64,000 nucleotides of DNA, taken from Octopus vulgaris (Eukaryota). This document shows, piece after piece, positions 1 to 13,515 of this stretch. The notes under the pieces were generated by a model, which did no database searches, was not told the DNA's origin, and was given only the letters and a program-made list of their open reading frames with translations. A program made the position numbers and the translations under genes. How positions within the stretch are numbered: position 1 is the first letter of the stretch; every line of letters starts with the position of its first letter. The stretch is taken from NCBI GenBank assembly GCA_951406725.2, contig OX597814.1:131564001-131628000 (forward strand), in the 5' to 3' direction.

Positions 1-786
1 GGCAAAAAATGCTTAACGGCATTTCGTTTGTCTTCAAGTTCTGAGTTCAAATTTGGCTAAGGTCAACTTTCATTATTTCGCAGTCGATAAAATAAGTACC
101 AGTGGTGTACTGGATCCGATGTAATTGACATAACTCCTCCCACCAAATTTCAGGCCTTGTGCCTATAGCAGAAAGGATTATTATTATTATTATTATTAAG
201 ATGGTGTGGTGGCAGAATGGTTAGCATGTCAAGGTTGACTTTGCCTTCCATCCTTTTGGGGTCAATAAAATAAGTGCCAGTTGAGCACAGGGGTTCGTGA
301 AATCAACTAGCCCCACCCCACCTCACCCCCAAATTTAAGGTCTTCTACCTATCGTACAAAGGTGGCAGAATTGTTAGCACGCCAAGCAAAATGCTTAGCA
401 GCATTTCATCTGTCTTTACGTTCTGAGTTCAAATTCCCCCGAGGTCAACTTTGCCTTTCATCCTTTCGGGGGTCGATAAATTAAGTACTGGGGTCAATGT
501 AATCGGCTTACCCACTTCAACCAATATTGCTGGCCTTGTGCCAAAATTTGAAACCATTTTATTATTATTATTATTATTATTAGATAGCAAAGAAACCAGC
601 ATCTGCATCAACATAATCACCATCATCATTATCATGCTTTTAATTATCACTAGAATCTTTTCTTCATCATTGATACTGATATCATGGCCATTATTATTGT
701 TAAGCTCTTTTTCGTCTTTATCCACATTGCCTTCTCTTTATGTATTTTAATTTCTTTAACTTAATTGTTCACTTCTTTTTTATTCC

Positions 787-839
<53 letters not shown>

Positions 840-1305
840 GGCGGCAAGCTGGCAGAAACGTTAGCATGCCAAGTGAAATGCTTAGTGGTATCTCGTCTGT
901 CTTTACATTCTGAGTTCAAATTCCGCTGAGACCAACTTTCCCTTTCATTCTTATGGGGTCAATAAATTAAGTACCAGTTACATACTGGGTTTGATCTAAT
1001 CGACTGCCCCTCTCCCGCAAAATTTCTGGCCTTGTGCCTAGAATAGAAAGGATTATTATTATCACTAAGGGGGCAAGCTGGCAGAATCGTTAGTACACTT
1101 GGCGAAATGCTTAGCAGTGTTTCATCTGCCGTTATATTCTAAGTTCAAATTCCACCAAGGTTGACTTTGCCTTTCATACCTTCAGAGTTGATAAATTAAG
1201 TACCAGTGAAACACTGGGGTCGATATAATCATCCAGTTTCTTCCCGATATAATCATCCAGTCTCTTCCCCATCAAATTTCAGGCTTTGTACATATAGTAC
1301 ACAGT
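1..1305 (+). mobile_element. Cluster of five tRNA-derived SINE copies (family A), mostly separated by (TTA)n
   Basis: Repeated unit aaggcggcaagctggcagaa(A-box-like)...ctgagttcaaattcc(B-box)...gactttgcctttcatcctttcggggtcgataaattaagtacc...ggccttgtgcct...gaaaggattattatt at about 1-180, 198-360, 361-556, 838-1052 and 1067-1305. The central block resembles the Meta-type SINE core (from recall). Confidence 0.85.
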
Positions 1306-1559
1306 ATTATTATTATTATCATTATTATTATTATTGTTATTATTGTGAAAAATAATAATTTAGATTTTTTAAACTAATTTTATTTTGTTCCTTTTTTTCT
1401 CCTTTTTCTTCCATTTTCTTTTTTTATTTATCCAATAATTATATTTCCTCCAGCAGCATTCAATTTTGTGAAACTTTTGTTAATACGTCACAATTAAACA
1501 AAACAACAACAACAACAACAGCAATTGAAAGTTATACCACAGTGCTTGAAGATACGAAG

Positions 1560-1790
1560 ATAGATAGATAGATGGTTACATAGATAACAAATAGATAGTG
1601 AGGTCGATAGAGGGAGGAGTAGATAGATAGATAGATAGATAGGCAGACTGACAGATTGATTGATAAATTTTTAAATAGATAGATAAGTTGATTGATTGAT
1701 TGATAAATTTTTAAATAGATACATAGATATGTGGATAGATAGATAGGTAAATAGATTTGTAAACAGATAGATATGTATGTAGATTAGTAA
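1560..1790. repeat. (GATA)n/(GATT)n compound microsatellite
   Basis: Direct reading; includes a short internal duplication ttgattgattgataaatttttaaatagat. Confidence 0.9.
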
Positions 1791-2319
1791 GGATATAAAG
1801 ATGTAGAATATTCTGGAAAGTATTGAAAGGAATTTGATGTTTCATATTTTTTCTTTTCGAATTCTAATCGTTTGTTTCAGAATAATTTTTTTGTTTTTAT
1901 GAATCATTGGAAAATGATATTTACTACCGATTACTTTACACGCCAGCACATATACATACACACACACACATATACTCTCTGTCTGACTCTCTGCACACAA
2001 CTAAGGAAAATTAGCATGTACTCTTACAAACGAACAAACTTGCATACTACAACCGATTCATTCAAATTCTTTGTAAAAGTGAAGTAAGTTGTTCTCATGT
2101 ATGTGTGTGTGTGTGTGTGTGTAAATTAATTTGATCTATAAATGTAGTCCACTTGTCTATTATTACCGTTGTTGTTAAAATGAATTTCTTAATATGAGAT
2201 AAGTTTGTTACTATGAGCAAGTGTATAATTCAGATGTTTGTCGTTTGGTTTGAATTCTTTCTCTTTCACAAAACCCTTCACTAAACTGTTCCATAAAAGT
2301 ATATTTATCTCCACAACTA

Positions 2320-2361
2320 GTATATACATATGTAGAAATGCGTATATGTATATAATATGCG

Positions 2362-2423
<62 letters not shown>

Positions 2424-2563
2424 GTATACATATACATACATATATATATACATACATATATATATATATTATATATATATGTATACATATACATACATAT
2501 ATATATACATACATATATATATATATATTATATATATATGTATACATATATATACATATATAT

Positions 2564-2603
<40 letters not shown>

Positions 2604-2702
2604 CATATATATATATATATACATATATATACATACATACATATATATATATATATACATATATATACATACATACATATATATATATACATACATACAT
2701 AT

Positions 2703-2754
<52 letters not shown>

Positions 2755-2816
2755 CATGCATATAGCGTGTATTCAAGTACACATGTATGTGTTGTATGTG
2801 CATGTGTGATGGTGTG

Positions 2817-2860
<44 letters not shown>

Positions 2861-2920
2861 TGCATATAGCGTGTATTCAAGTACACATGTATGTGTTGTA
2901 TGTGCATGTGTGATGGTGTG

Positions 2921-2957
<37 letters not shown>

Positions 2958-2960
2958 TGC
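2320..2960. repeat. (TA)n/(TACA)n compound microsatellite with a duplicated ~100-bp unit
   Basis: acatgcatatagcgtgtattcaagtacacatg... occurs at ~2754 and ~2858. Confidence 0.9.
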
Positions 2961-3744
2961 ATGTATGAATGTACATAACAGTTTTATAATGCAAACCTCT
3001 CTCTCTCCATCTTCCATCAATGCTGTCATTAGTTTGAAATGTTGAAAATGAGGGCAAAATCGTTAACATCATATATAATGGAACTGTGCACTTAACAAGG
3101 TCTTGATAGATCTAGTTCAGACCTGGAAGTGGTCTTATTCTTCATCTTCTTTTCTTTTCTTTTTTTTTTTCTGAGAAGTGCATACAATCTCATTTAAACT
3201 TGCTCCTGGCTGGTTTTACTATATTTCATTATTAAGTGTAAATCAAAATTTTTGCGAAAATGTAAATATAATAGTTACAAAAAAAAAAAAATTAAAAATT
3301 AAAAAAAAATTTTTTTTAAAGATATAAAATGAAAATGAAAAACAAAATGAGAAAAATATCCTATTTGTAGCATATATATTTTTAAATAAAAATATTTCAA
3401 TAAAACATTAAAATTAATCAATACTTTCTAAGTGTCAAGTTCCTATTGAACACTTAAGAAAGAATTGAACGGAGCAGCCAAATTTTGATCACAGAAGGTG
3501 GGTGATGCTGACCAAAATATAAATTTGTAAATATATACGTCTCAGGCATAGTTACCCACCACCACCACCACCAACACACACATACACACACACTCACACA
3601 AACTCACACACTCATTTACTCTAGCTATGATCTTGATTTCCACTATACATATATTTGTATTATACAGCATACATAAATATAGTTTGTGTGTGTGTGTGTG
3701 TGCTTGTGTGCATATATATAGTATTATTTTTATTATTATTATTG

Positions 3745-3925
3745 TAAGGAGGTGAGCTGGCTGAACTGTTAGCATGGCAGTCAAAGTGCTTAGCTGCATT
3801 TCATCTATCTTCACGTTCTGAGTTCAAATCCCGCCAAGGTCGACTTTGCCTTTCATCCTTTTGGGGTTGATAAAATAAGTACCAGTTGAGCACTGGGGTC
3901 AATGGAATCAACTTATCCCTTCCAT
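3745..3925 (+). mobile_element. SINE family A copy
   Basis: Same head, B-box and core as 838-1052; preceded by (TTA)n. Confidence 0.85.
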
Positions 3926-4257
3926 TTGAAAAACCTTATTATAGCAAGCCGAAGCATCTTGAATCATTATTCTTAGGTTCTTGTTGCTGGTTATTCAAAT
4001 AACTTCTTTGAATAAGTGGCGCCGTAAAACTCAAGCATAATAATTCTTAAAGTTTCAGCCTCTAATAAAATGTATAGAAACCGTAGATTTTGCATTGAGT
4101 CCATTTTGCTTACTTTTAATCATAAACATCCGTTGTGTATGGAATGTGTGTGTGTGGTATGTTTGGTGTATGTCTGTGTGTGTGTTGACACCTTACTGTC
4201 TTTGCAGTTGATGCAGTCAAGAAAATTCTCAGGTATTGTGCATTATATCTTCAGTTG

Positions 4258-4462
4258 TGACGAGCTGGTAGAATTGTTACCATGCTGGGTAAAATGCAGC
4301 ATTTCGTCCATCTTTATGTTCTGAGTTCAAATTCCGCTGAGGTCGACTTTGCCTTTCATTCCTTTTAGGATTGATAAATTAAGTACCAGTCGGGTACTGG
4401 GGTTGATGTAATCAACTGGTCCCCTCCCACAAAATTTCAGGCCTTGTGCCTATATTAGAAAG
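4258..4462 (+). mobile_element. SINE family A copy
   Basis: Same head, core and tail; followed by (TTA)n. Confidence 0.85.
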
Positions 4463-4708
4463 AATTATTATTATTATTGTTTTTTTGTTGTTGTTGTTGT
4501 TGTCTTAGTGACCAGATATTTAATTATGTTCTTTTGTATTGTGGATCACCTAGCTTGACATTATTACTTATCTTTACCCCCACTTTCTTTGAGTTGATAG
4601 AAACAAATACCAGTTATATTCTAGGGTTGATTTGATCATCTAAAATCTTCTTATCTTGTTGATGTAAGTAGTGATTATTTCTGTCAGTACCCCTGGCTGC
4701 TTTTTCCT

Positions 4709-4830
4709 ACAGGCATCCAGCCATAAAAACCATGCCAAAACAGACACTGAAGCCTGGTGCAGTCTTCTGCCTAACCAGCTACTGTCAAACCATCCAACCC
4801 ATGCCAGCATGGAAAGCAGATGTTAAATGA
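4709..4830 (+). mobile_element. 3' end of RTE-clade LINE (one of a dozen or more dispersed tails)
   Basis: ggcatccagc...aacccatgccagcatggaaagcagatgttaaatgatgat. The same tail is contiguous with RTE ORF sequence at 60390-60965. Other copies lie near 30903, 33550, 35340, 35570(-), 40000, 44960, 51270, 56075(-) and 62245(-). Confidence 0.75.
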
Positions 4831-5964
4831 TGATAATAATGATGATGATGGTGGTGGTGGTGGTGATGATGACATCCTTTGTTTGGTTTGAATAGAAGAT
4901 TTGATTTGTCCCCAATTGAAGTTTAGAATTATGCATGGCTATAAAACAATGACTGAAAAATGTAGTCATCTAACTCATGCCAGCATTGAAAAATGGACGT
5001 AAGACACACATACATACATACACACACATACATATATACATACATACATACATACATACACACACATACATTATATATATATATGATATTGTAATATAGT
5101 ACTATCCTCTCTATATTGAATTTTTTTAGTTTTTACGCAACGTTTTGTATAAAGAGAATGTTTAACAAATATGTTATTGTGTAGTGGACTAAACAGAGCA
5201 CTTTACATGCTGTGTAATGCAGGGATTTTGGTAGCGATGTCATAGCTGTTGTTTTGTTGATGTTCAGCCAGTGGTCATTTCTGGTCAAGCCGACCAATGA
5301 CACATAGGTAGGTGATCGATTGAGGTCTTTTAGACCAGTGTTCCATCTGTGGCCACCCCTTCTTTTTTTTTTTTTTTTTCTTTTGTCTGGCTATAATTTA
5401 TTTCCAAGATTGTGTCAGCTAATATATCTGTTGTTGTTATTTTCTGTACGTTTAGAGCATGATGTGAGAGGGATTTTGCTTGCCATTTCTAGCAATGTTG
5501 AATGACTATGTAGAGGCTCCCTCAAAAATGACATAGTGTGGCAGGGATATCGTGATGCTGTGGAGTGCATTCTGTGATGGAATTTGACATGTAAACAGCA
5601 CATTTGGAAGGGCACAGCTTATTACTGAATTAGCCCGTTTGATTGCAGAACCCCAAGTCTGTGTTAAATAACGGTAAAAGTTCAATATGGAGATGGTTCT
5701 GTAACAAAAAATATACATTACTTATCCATGTAGGTAAATATTTCGTTTGTTTATTTGTATGTGTGTGTGTGTGTTTCTTTTCTTTGTAAGTTTGCATATC
5801 CAGTGCAGCTAGCCCATTCTTTGATTATTCTTTATCACTTCCAGTATTGGCATTTTTCTCTCCAACATGTTTGCATGTACCTACATTCATAACTATAAAT
5901 ATATATATTGACAAACACATACATGTGCATGCACACACACACACATACATTATATATATATATA

Positions 5965-6848
5965 CAAGGAGGTATCCAAAAGTAACTGGGAATGGTCTCT
6001 TGTGAGACAAGTCTGTTGTAGTTCAGGTTTCCACTGCTAGAAGCCACTTGATGCAACCCTCAGGCATCCACCTGCCAACTGGCAACATCCAGTGAGGTCA
6101 TACTGCCACATGGTGTGTGTCTTTGTTTTACAGTGCTTCTCTCCTGTCTGTTGATTTTTGCGATGGCTGAAATGAAGGAACAGCCTGCTTGCATGAAATT
6201 CTGTTTTCTGAAAACAGCAGCTGAAACAGTTGTTATATTTCAAACACCTTACAAGGACACTGCCATGAGCAAAACACACTTTGGGAATGGTTATTTGTCA
6301 CTTGAAGACCAATCTCATTCAAGGCGATCAACGACCTCCTGAATGAATGGACACATCACAAAAACTTATAAGCTGATCTTGGAGGACTGGCACTGAACAA
6401 TTGACAAACTTGTTGATATGAATGGTGTGCCCTGGAGCTCGTGCTAATGAATTTTGAGCAAGGAATTGCAAATAAAAAAATGTTGCAGCATAATTTGTGC
6501 TTCACTTAATTGCAGTTTTTTGGCCAAAAATGGCATGACCCCGCTTACCTTCCCTCCCATTTCACTTGATCTTGCTTTCTGTGACGTTGTTTGTCTCCTC
6601 CCCCACCAAATGAAAAGCGTCCTTATAGGAAAACGTTTTGCAAATGTGGAAGAGGTGAAGAAAAAAAACGACAGAGGCGTTAAAAGGCATCACTTTTTCA
6701 AGACTTCCAGATCTGCTTTAAACAATGGAATACACCTCTGGGCCGATGCATCACTTCAAATGGAGAAAACTTTGAAGTGTAAACCTCTTAAAGCTAAGTG
6801 AATAAACTAATATTGCAAATTTCCAGTTTCTTTTGGGTACCCCCCTCG
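5965..6848 (+). mobile_element. Internally deleted mariner-like DNA transposon
   Basis: TA-flanked imperfect TIRs (caaggaggtatccaaaagtaactgg / ccagtttctttttgggtacccccctcg). Decayed transposase motifs AETVVIFQTPYKDTAMSKT, FPPISLDLA (YSPDLAP-like) and GKRFANVEEVK. Confidence 0.85.
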
Positions 6849-7042
6849 TATATGCATATTTAGCATTTGCCATACTACACTGCCTCAACAAGTCTCAGCC
6901 AGCCCATGACAACATGGAAAAGGCAAACATAAAAAAATGACGACGACGACGACAATGATGATGGTGATGATAACTTTGCTGAAATTGTAATAATAATATT
7001 GACGATACTGATGATGGTGGTAATAATAATAATAATAATAAT

Positions 7043-7246
7043 TACAGAGATGTACTTGCATAGCAAGTGATTTGATCTGAGATCGTGTGCTGGAACGAAA
7101 ACAATTGCAGCATGGAAGGTGTTTGTAAGCCATTTAAGAAACACACAAAAGCTGTTCGATTCACTTCAACATTTAAGTTTAATTTGTCAAAATATTTTCG
7201 TTGCTATAAGATCGCGACCTGTTCACTGACAAAAATCCGTGCTGCA
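7043..7246 (-). mobile_element. Short non-coding element embedded in (ATT)n, probable Penelope-like pLTR fragment
   Basis: Unique ~205-bp block flanked by (AAT)n on both sides; carries a hammerhead-like motif near its minus-strand 5' end. Confidence 0.5.
7183..7233 (-). ncRNA. Minimal type I hammerhead ribozyme, G3-C8 core variant
   Basis: Minus strand: TTTGTCA-GTGAACA-G-GTCGC-gatcttata-GCAAC-GAA-AATATT-T-TGACAAA. Helix I is 7 bp, helix II is 5 bp with one mismatch, helix III is palindromic. Confidence 0.6.
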
Positions 7247-8691
7247 TAATAATAATAATAATAATGATAATAATTATAATAAATGGTTTCTAAACCATTC
7301 ATAGAAACTGATAAAAGAAAGAAAGGAAACGAAAATCATGGATATAGCTTTATATATATATATATATAGCAATAATTAAAATACAAAGAGAAAATTGAGC
7401 ACAAATTTTATCAACAGCATAGGTAACAATGAGAGTAATGGTGATAATTATAATGCTGTGAGCTGGCCAAAATGCTTAGTGGCATAGCATCCTGTCTTTA
7501 CATTTTGAGTTAAACTGATGCAGTCTACTTCATCTTGGATCTTTTAGGGAGCAATTAAATAACTACCAAAAACGTATTGGGGGCATTGAAATTGATTTCC
7601 CCCTCCCTTAAAAACTTTTGGCCCTGGGCCAAAATTTCAAATCATTAAGATTGAAGTTTATGATGATGGTAGTGATGGTGGAGTTCATGATGATTTTCAT
7701 GAGTATTGATCAGCTGATAATATCTACAATTGCAGAGTAACTAATGAAATAATGCACACACATGCAAATATACACGTATACATACTTGCACACCCACAAC
7801 ACTCACTGATTGTGTTGTGTGTGTTGGTTCTATAATATTACCAAGTGAAAAGTACATATTGTAACTCGAATATCCTGTAAGTTGAAACGGTTGTAGCGTC
7901 AAGTTTTAAAAGAATTTAAAACTCAACGTTTGTATTATCATTATGAATTGAATACAGAATTTTGTAAACAGCCCAATTTAATTCAACTTGACAAAAATAG
8001 TTCAATAAATACATACATACATAGCTATGCACATACACACACGTATGCATGTGTGTGTTTATAATTTCATATCAAGCAAAACGAGTGAAGTGATTGTGTA
8101 GTGTACTATTGGTTTCATAATATCATTCTTTATGCTCTGTTTCACTCTACATAACATAGACGACTAGAAGACCAAACACATTTTTCTTGCAATTGTAAAT
8201 AATACTCAGAAGTTACTTGTTAGGGGAGATAACTCACTTCTCTTGAGAGAGAGTTATCCAACTTTACAGATACGGCAGTTTTGGAAAAACTTTTTTTTCG
8301 TAATTATCCTTACCATGAGAAATTAAAAAGAGTGGGTTCGCTGAACCAGTGGTTAATGTGTATATACCTACATGTATATGTGGGCGTATACATATATGTT
8401 AGTGTATTTGGGTACGGCTTTATGTTTCATGTTAGCTGTTTATTCAGCCCGTATCCTTTTCAACTTTTACGTTGTTCACAAATTTGATTGTACTAATTAA
8501 TAGTCCTATCATCAGTAAATATTTTGGTTTCTATAATTTTTTATGATTAAACACGACCAAATAATAACATTGATATGTGTGAGCGAGCGTGTTTATGTAT
8601 ATGTGAGTTTGTATATGTGCGTAGGCACAATTGCTGAACAGGGAACCTCTCTCAGCAGAGATCGGCTGATTCCAAAGAAAATAAAGGTACA

Positions 8692-8741
<50 letters not shown>

Positions 8742-10928
8742 CATTAAAAAATGCAAGCTCTAATTCAGCTCCTGTTTTTTTACAGTGTTTCAGTGTAGGA
8801 AGCTGATCCAATGGCAAAAAATTATTACTGCAGGAAATAAAACTCAGCACACGTGCATACATGGGGGAGAGATGGATGGTTAAAAAAATTTTTTTTAATG
8901 TATGGAATGTTATGTATGTATGTGTGAGAGAGAGATATAGTGAGAGTGTATGTGTGTATACATTCTTATACAATTCATGTTATAACGTTATGCTTGCTTG
9001 TCTATATGCAGCTATTGTTCTCCAGATACAGGCTTCAGAAAACACATCCACGCTCACACAGCATACACATATGCTCACACATTCACTCAAGTATACAAAC
9101 TGTCACATGTTCAATTACATATCTTCATGTTCATGACGTGTTTCATACATATATATATATACACACATACACACACATACATACATACACACACACCTGT
9201 GTATATACACTTTCTACCTCATATTTGTTGGAATGAATTTAAGAGCGGCAGCTCTATTTCCGTGGGTGTTTTTTGTTTTTTTTTTTCTTGTAAACTATTT
9301 TTGAAAACTTTTTCTAATATATTTGCTCTTTTTTTTTTTTTTTTTGATTTTTCTTAATCTATTCTACCTGGGAGCAAGGACTTGACAAAAAAAAAAGCCA
9401 GCAAAATAAAATTTTAAGAAATAAAAAATATATTGTACAAACATATATATATATGATGTATATGTATGTGTGTATATATGAAATTAGAAAAATATGAAAA
9501 TACTGGCAAGTACTAATGCATTCCCTTAAGCATACAGAAAAGGAATGTTTCTCAATTTTTTTGGGGGGTTGGGGGGTTCCTACAACTGCTATTTCATATG
9601 TCACAATAGTTTTTCTCCTGGAACATGACGTTAATAAAGAGCAGCGATGATAATGATGATCATCATCATTATCATGTCTGTAATGATTGTGGTGATGATA
9701 ATATTAGTGACTATGGTGGTAGTGATGATGATGATGATGATAATAACTGTGGTGGTGGTGATGACGATGATGATGATGAGAATAGTGGAGAAGGTCGTTA
9801 ACTGTACTTGGTGACTGGGTGCCTTTGTTATATGTAACTTTTTACTGCCTTCACTGATCTGAGTTTGGGCCTGGCAAAAGTTGTGGTGGGTAAGTAGTGC
9901 AAAGGTGTGGCACAGCTGGGTTTCTTTCTTTTTTTTTTTTTTTCTCTTCGTTTTCCACCCCCAACTCCCATTCTTCTCTCTTAAACTATAAGTCTCCAGA
10001 CTGCCTAGTCGAAAAATGGCAATTTGCTGGATCCTGTATATTCTTCAGTGGCTAATATTTGGATAACATACACATGCATGCACACACATATATTTATATG
10101 GTCTTTTGTTATATAGTTGCCAAGTTTGCAGTGCAGTGATTGCAAATAGATTAAATAACGTTTGGTTAATATAACGGTCCTTCTTTTCACTCCATCTGCT
10201 TTTAGTGCTCGTTATTACCTGCAATGCATTGCTGTCAATTATGCTGTGTACATTTGTCAGCTTACATGTTATACAATTCCTTAATACCTGCAGGATTTAT
10301 GTATTCGTTAATGAAGGAACCAACATTTAGATTAGCTTTTAGGTTAGCATACGGAGTAATTAGTAACGTTTTGGTTATTTGTTCATATCAGAAAGAATGG
10401 AACAAAAGTTCGCCAAATCTGAATTTAAGGGAAAACAAACACACACACACACACACATACATGTGTGTCAGTATGTTAGGTTCTATCTGTTAAGAATGTA
10501 GTAGAGTACAGTATAAAGCTTGTCCAACTTCAGATTTCACCCAGTGTGATCCAACATTAGTATTATACCTACGGTCAGATTTGCATTGCAGCTTCTGTAG
10601 TGTGTGAACGGCTGGAGAACTACATTGTATTGAAACAATTGTAGTGATTACAAATATAAGTTTCAAAAGAATTTAAAACTCAACGTTTGTATTATTATGT
10701 ATTGAATACAAAATTTTTTGACAAAAATAGTTCAATAAATACATACATACACATATATACACAAGCACCCTGAGAGAGATACATACGCAAACATTAAAAT
10801 ATGACGCAAGTACATTAAAACACTCATTTATTTATGACACATTTGTTTTAGCATCAACTGGCCATACTCTAGATTCTTGTATCATGTAGACATTTAGATA
10901 TGTCATAATATATATACATGTGCATATA

Positions 10929-12178
10929 CAAGTGTTGGACGAAATTTATTTTGATATGGCATAGGCTGCCTTTTGCAGTAATTACAGCTTGAATTCTATA
11001 CTTCTGTACGAAGTTTGAATTGTTTCCAAAGGAATTTTTGTCCATTCTTCAGCTAAAACAGTCTCCAGTTCTTGTAGTGATGATGGTGAAGGATATTGAC
11101 TCCTTACTTGTTTTTCTAAAATGCACCATAAATGTTCAATAATATTGAGATCTGGGGACTGTGGTGGCCAGATAAGATGTTCAACTTCACTAGAATGTCC
11201 CTCATGCTATTCAGTAACAACTTTAGCTGTGTGAATTGGTGCATTAGCATCCTGAAAGATTGCGTTTCCCTCCAGAAATAGTTCAGCAACCATAGGATGA
11301 ATTTGATCAGATAAAATGCTTAAATAGTCTTGACTATTAATTCTGCCATGAAAGAAAACAATTGGGCCGGCATATTTCCAAGATATAGCCCCACCAACAC
11401 CCCCCCACCTTCAGATCATCACATATCTTCCTCCATGTTTAACAGTTGGAAGAAGGCGGTCTGGGTCAAATGTTTCTTTTGGCTGTCTCCACACGTATAC
11501 TCGGCTGGTGGTTGGAAATAAGGTAAAGGATGACTTGTCTGAGAAAATAACATTCTGTCACTGCTCTAGGGACCAATTCTGTAGGTTTTTACTCCACTCT
11601 AAACCCTTAGTAATGTTTGCTTTTGAAAGTAGTGGTTTTCTGATTGCAGCTCTCCCATGAAATTCGGCTTTGTGCAGCTCCTGGTGAACAGTTTTTGTGG
11701 AAACTGGGTTCTCAAGGTGGTCATTAAGCTCTGTAGTAATTTTGGGAGCTGTACTTTTGTGATCCTTTCTAGAAATTCATGTAAGAGTCCGACGGTCCCT
11801 ATCTAAAAGTTTTGGTCTTCTTCTGGAGTTTTGTTTCAACAAGGAGGTTTTTCCCTCTTTCTCAAAAGCTGCCATTACTTTTGAGACAGTATTTCTTGAT
11901 AGACCAAACATTTCAGCTGTTTTCGTTACACTAACGCCTACCATACGAGCACCAACAATTTGACCTCTTTGAAAGTCTGATAGATCTGTCATTTTAATGA
12001 ATTTTAATTACCTTTTTCTGATGATATCTGAAAAAAAAAAAAAACCCAGCAATTTTAGCAAAACATATTAAGCAACACTAATAACAAATCAAAAGACAAA
12101 AGAAACAAGCTTTTGATGGTTTTATTGATATTTCAAAATTATGATGATAGGTGTTTCCATTATTTTGTCCAAACCCTC
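10929..12178 (-). mobile_element. Tc1-family DNA transposon, near full length, decayed
   Basis: TA-flanked TIR remnants (caagtgttggacgaaat / attttgtccaaaccctc) enclosing a transposase on the minus strand. Confidence 0.9.
10960..11992 (-). pseudogene. Tc1 DD34E transposase pseudogene
   Basis: N-terminus MTDLSDFQRGQIVGAR...(paired-like HTH), then VIFSDKS, PTVKHGG, FQDANAPIH and WPPQSPDLNIIEHLW, read by eye across stops and frameshifts. Confidence 0.9.
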
Positions 12179-13314
12179 TATGTGTTTGTGTGTGTGTGTA
12201 TAATGTATGTTTATATATCCACACACACACAGCCTTTTTATTATTTTTATTCCATTTGATATAGTTACTATTAGATATTAATCATATTATATTTAATATG
12301 CTGTTTGGAAATGTTTTTTGTCCCTGTTATTCTTCAGATGTTTTTTTTTTTTCTTTTTCATATTTTGCTTTGTTCCCATTCTCTTGCCTGTCTTGTGTAT
12401 TCTTCTGATTATTGTTAATGACAGAAAGTACTGAGGTTCTTATCAGAGAATGCAGCAAGTTCCTGTAAATACTCAGTGCATATTCGTGTACATTGCCATG
12501 CTTTACTTTAACCCAAAGATACTTAACAATGTACACAAGCACACAAATTTTAATGTGACACTTACAAGCACTTTCAGATGTGGCACCCATGCATTCATGT
12601 ACACATACTCTCACGTATCCATAGAATTCTTCAGCTGGTGGAATCTAACATTGTTCAAAAGTATAATAATTTTGTTTCGGTGTATGGAAGAGATAAGCTC
12701 TAGTATTTTGGCCATTAACTCTCTGGTTGCTAACACAGACTTCAACTAGTTTGGTTTGGGGGGAGATTTGGCTGCTGTTTCTATAAGCAAATTAAGTGGA
12801 CAAATAGCAGATCCCCCAACAGGCATATGCAGGCACTGGTTTTGGTTGCGACGGTTGTTATTTTTGTTATTTGGCTCTCTGACATGATATGCAATAGGCA
12901 GGGGATAGGTATGTATTTTGCATCATGTATAAATAAACCCCCTTATTAATTTCACAATGTTTAACCATCACAGCCATCACCACAGCTACTGTGTCTACTT
13001 AAATACTACTACTACAATTACTAAATAATAATAATAATAATAATAATAATCATTGTCCTTATTCTTAACATCACAATTGTCATGGTCATTCAAAGCTTTC
13101 CTCCATTCTGCTCACAAAGGTTGAAACGGGTCTTCAAAGCCAGCTCTTTCTCCAGCTGTAAAACTGTTCTCCAACATAATGTATATCGGTTTATATATTC
13201 TTGTTCTTGTTGCTGTTTAACAAATCTAAAAGTTGTTTCCAGTCTTTTTGTTATATTTCTGTTCAAGCATTGCTCGGTTTGCTGTCTTTAAAAACCCAAA
13301 ATTAAAAAAGGGAA

Positions 13315-13345
<31 letters not shown>

Positions 13346-13359
13346 TATGTATGTATATA

Positions 13360-13399
<40 letters not shown>

Positions 13400-13422
13400 A
13401 TATATATATGTGTGTGTATACA

Positions 13423-13515
<93 letters not shown>

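Noticed and set aside
838-935. tRNA genes at SINE heads
   Set aside because: A/B boxes are present, but there is no canonical cloverleaf and the heads continue into SINE bodies.
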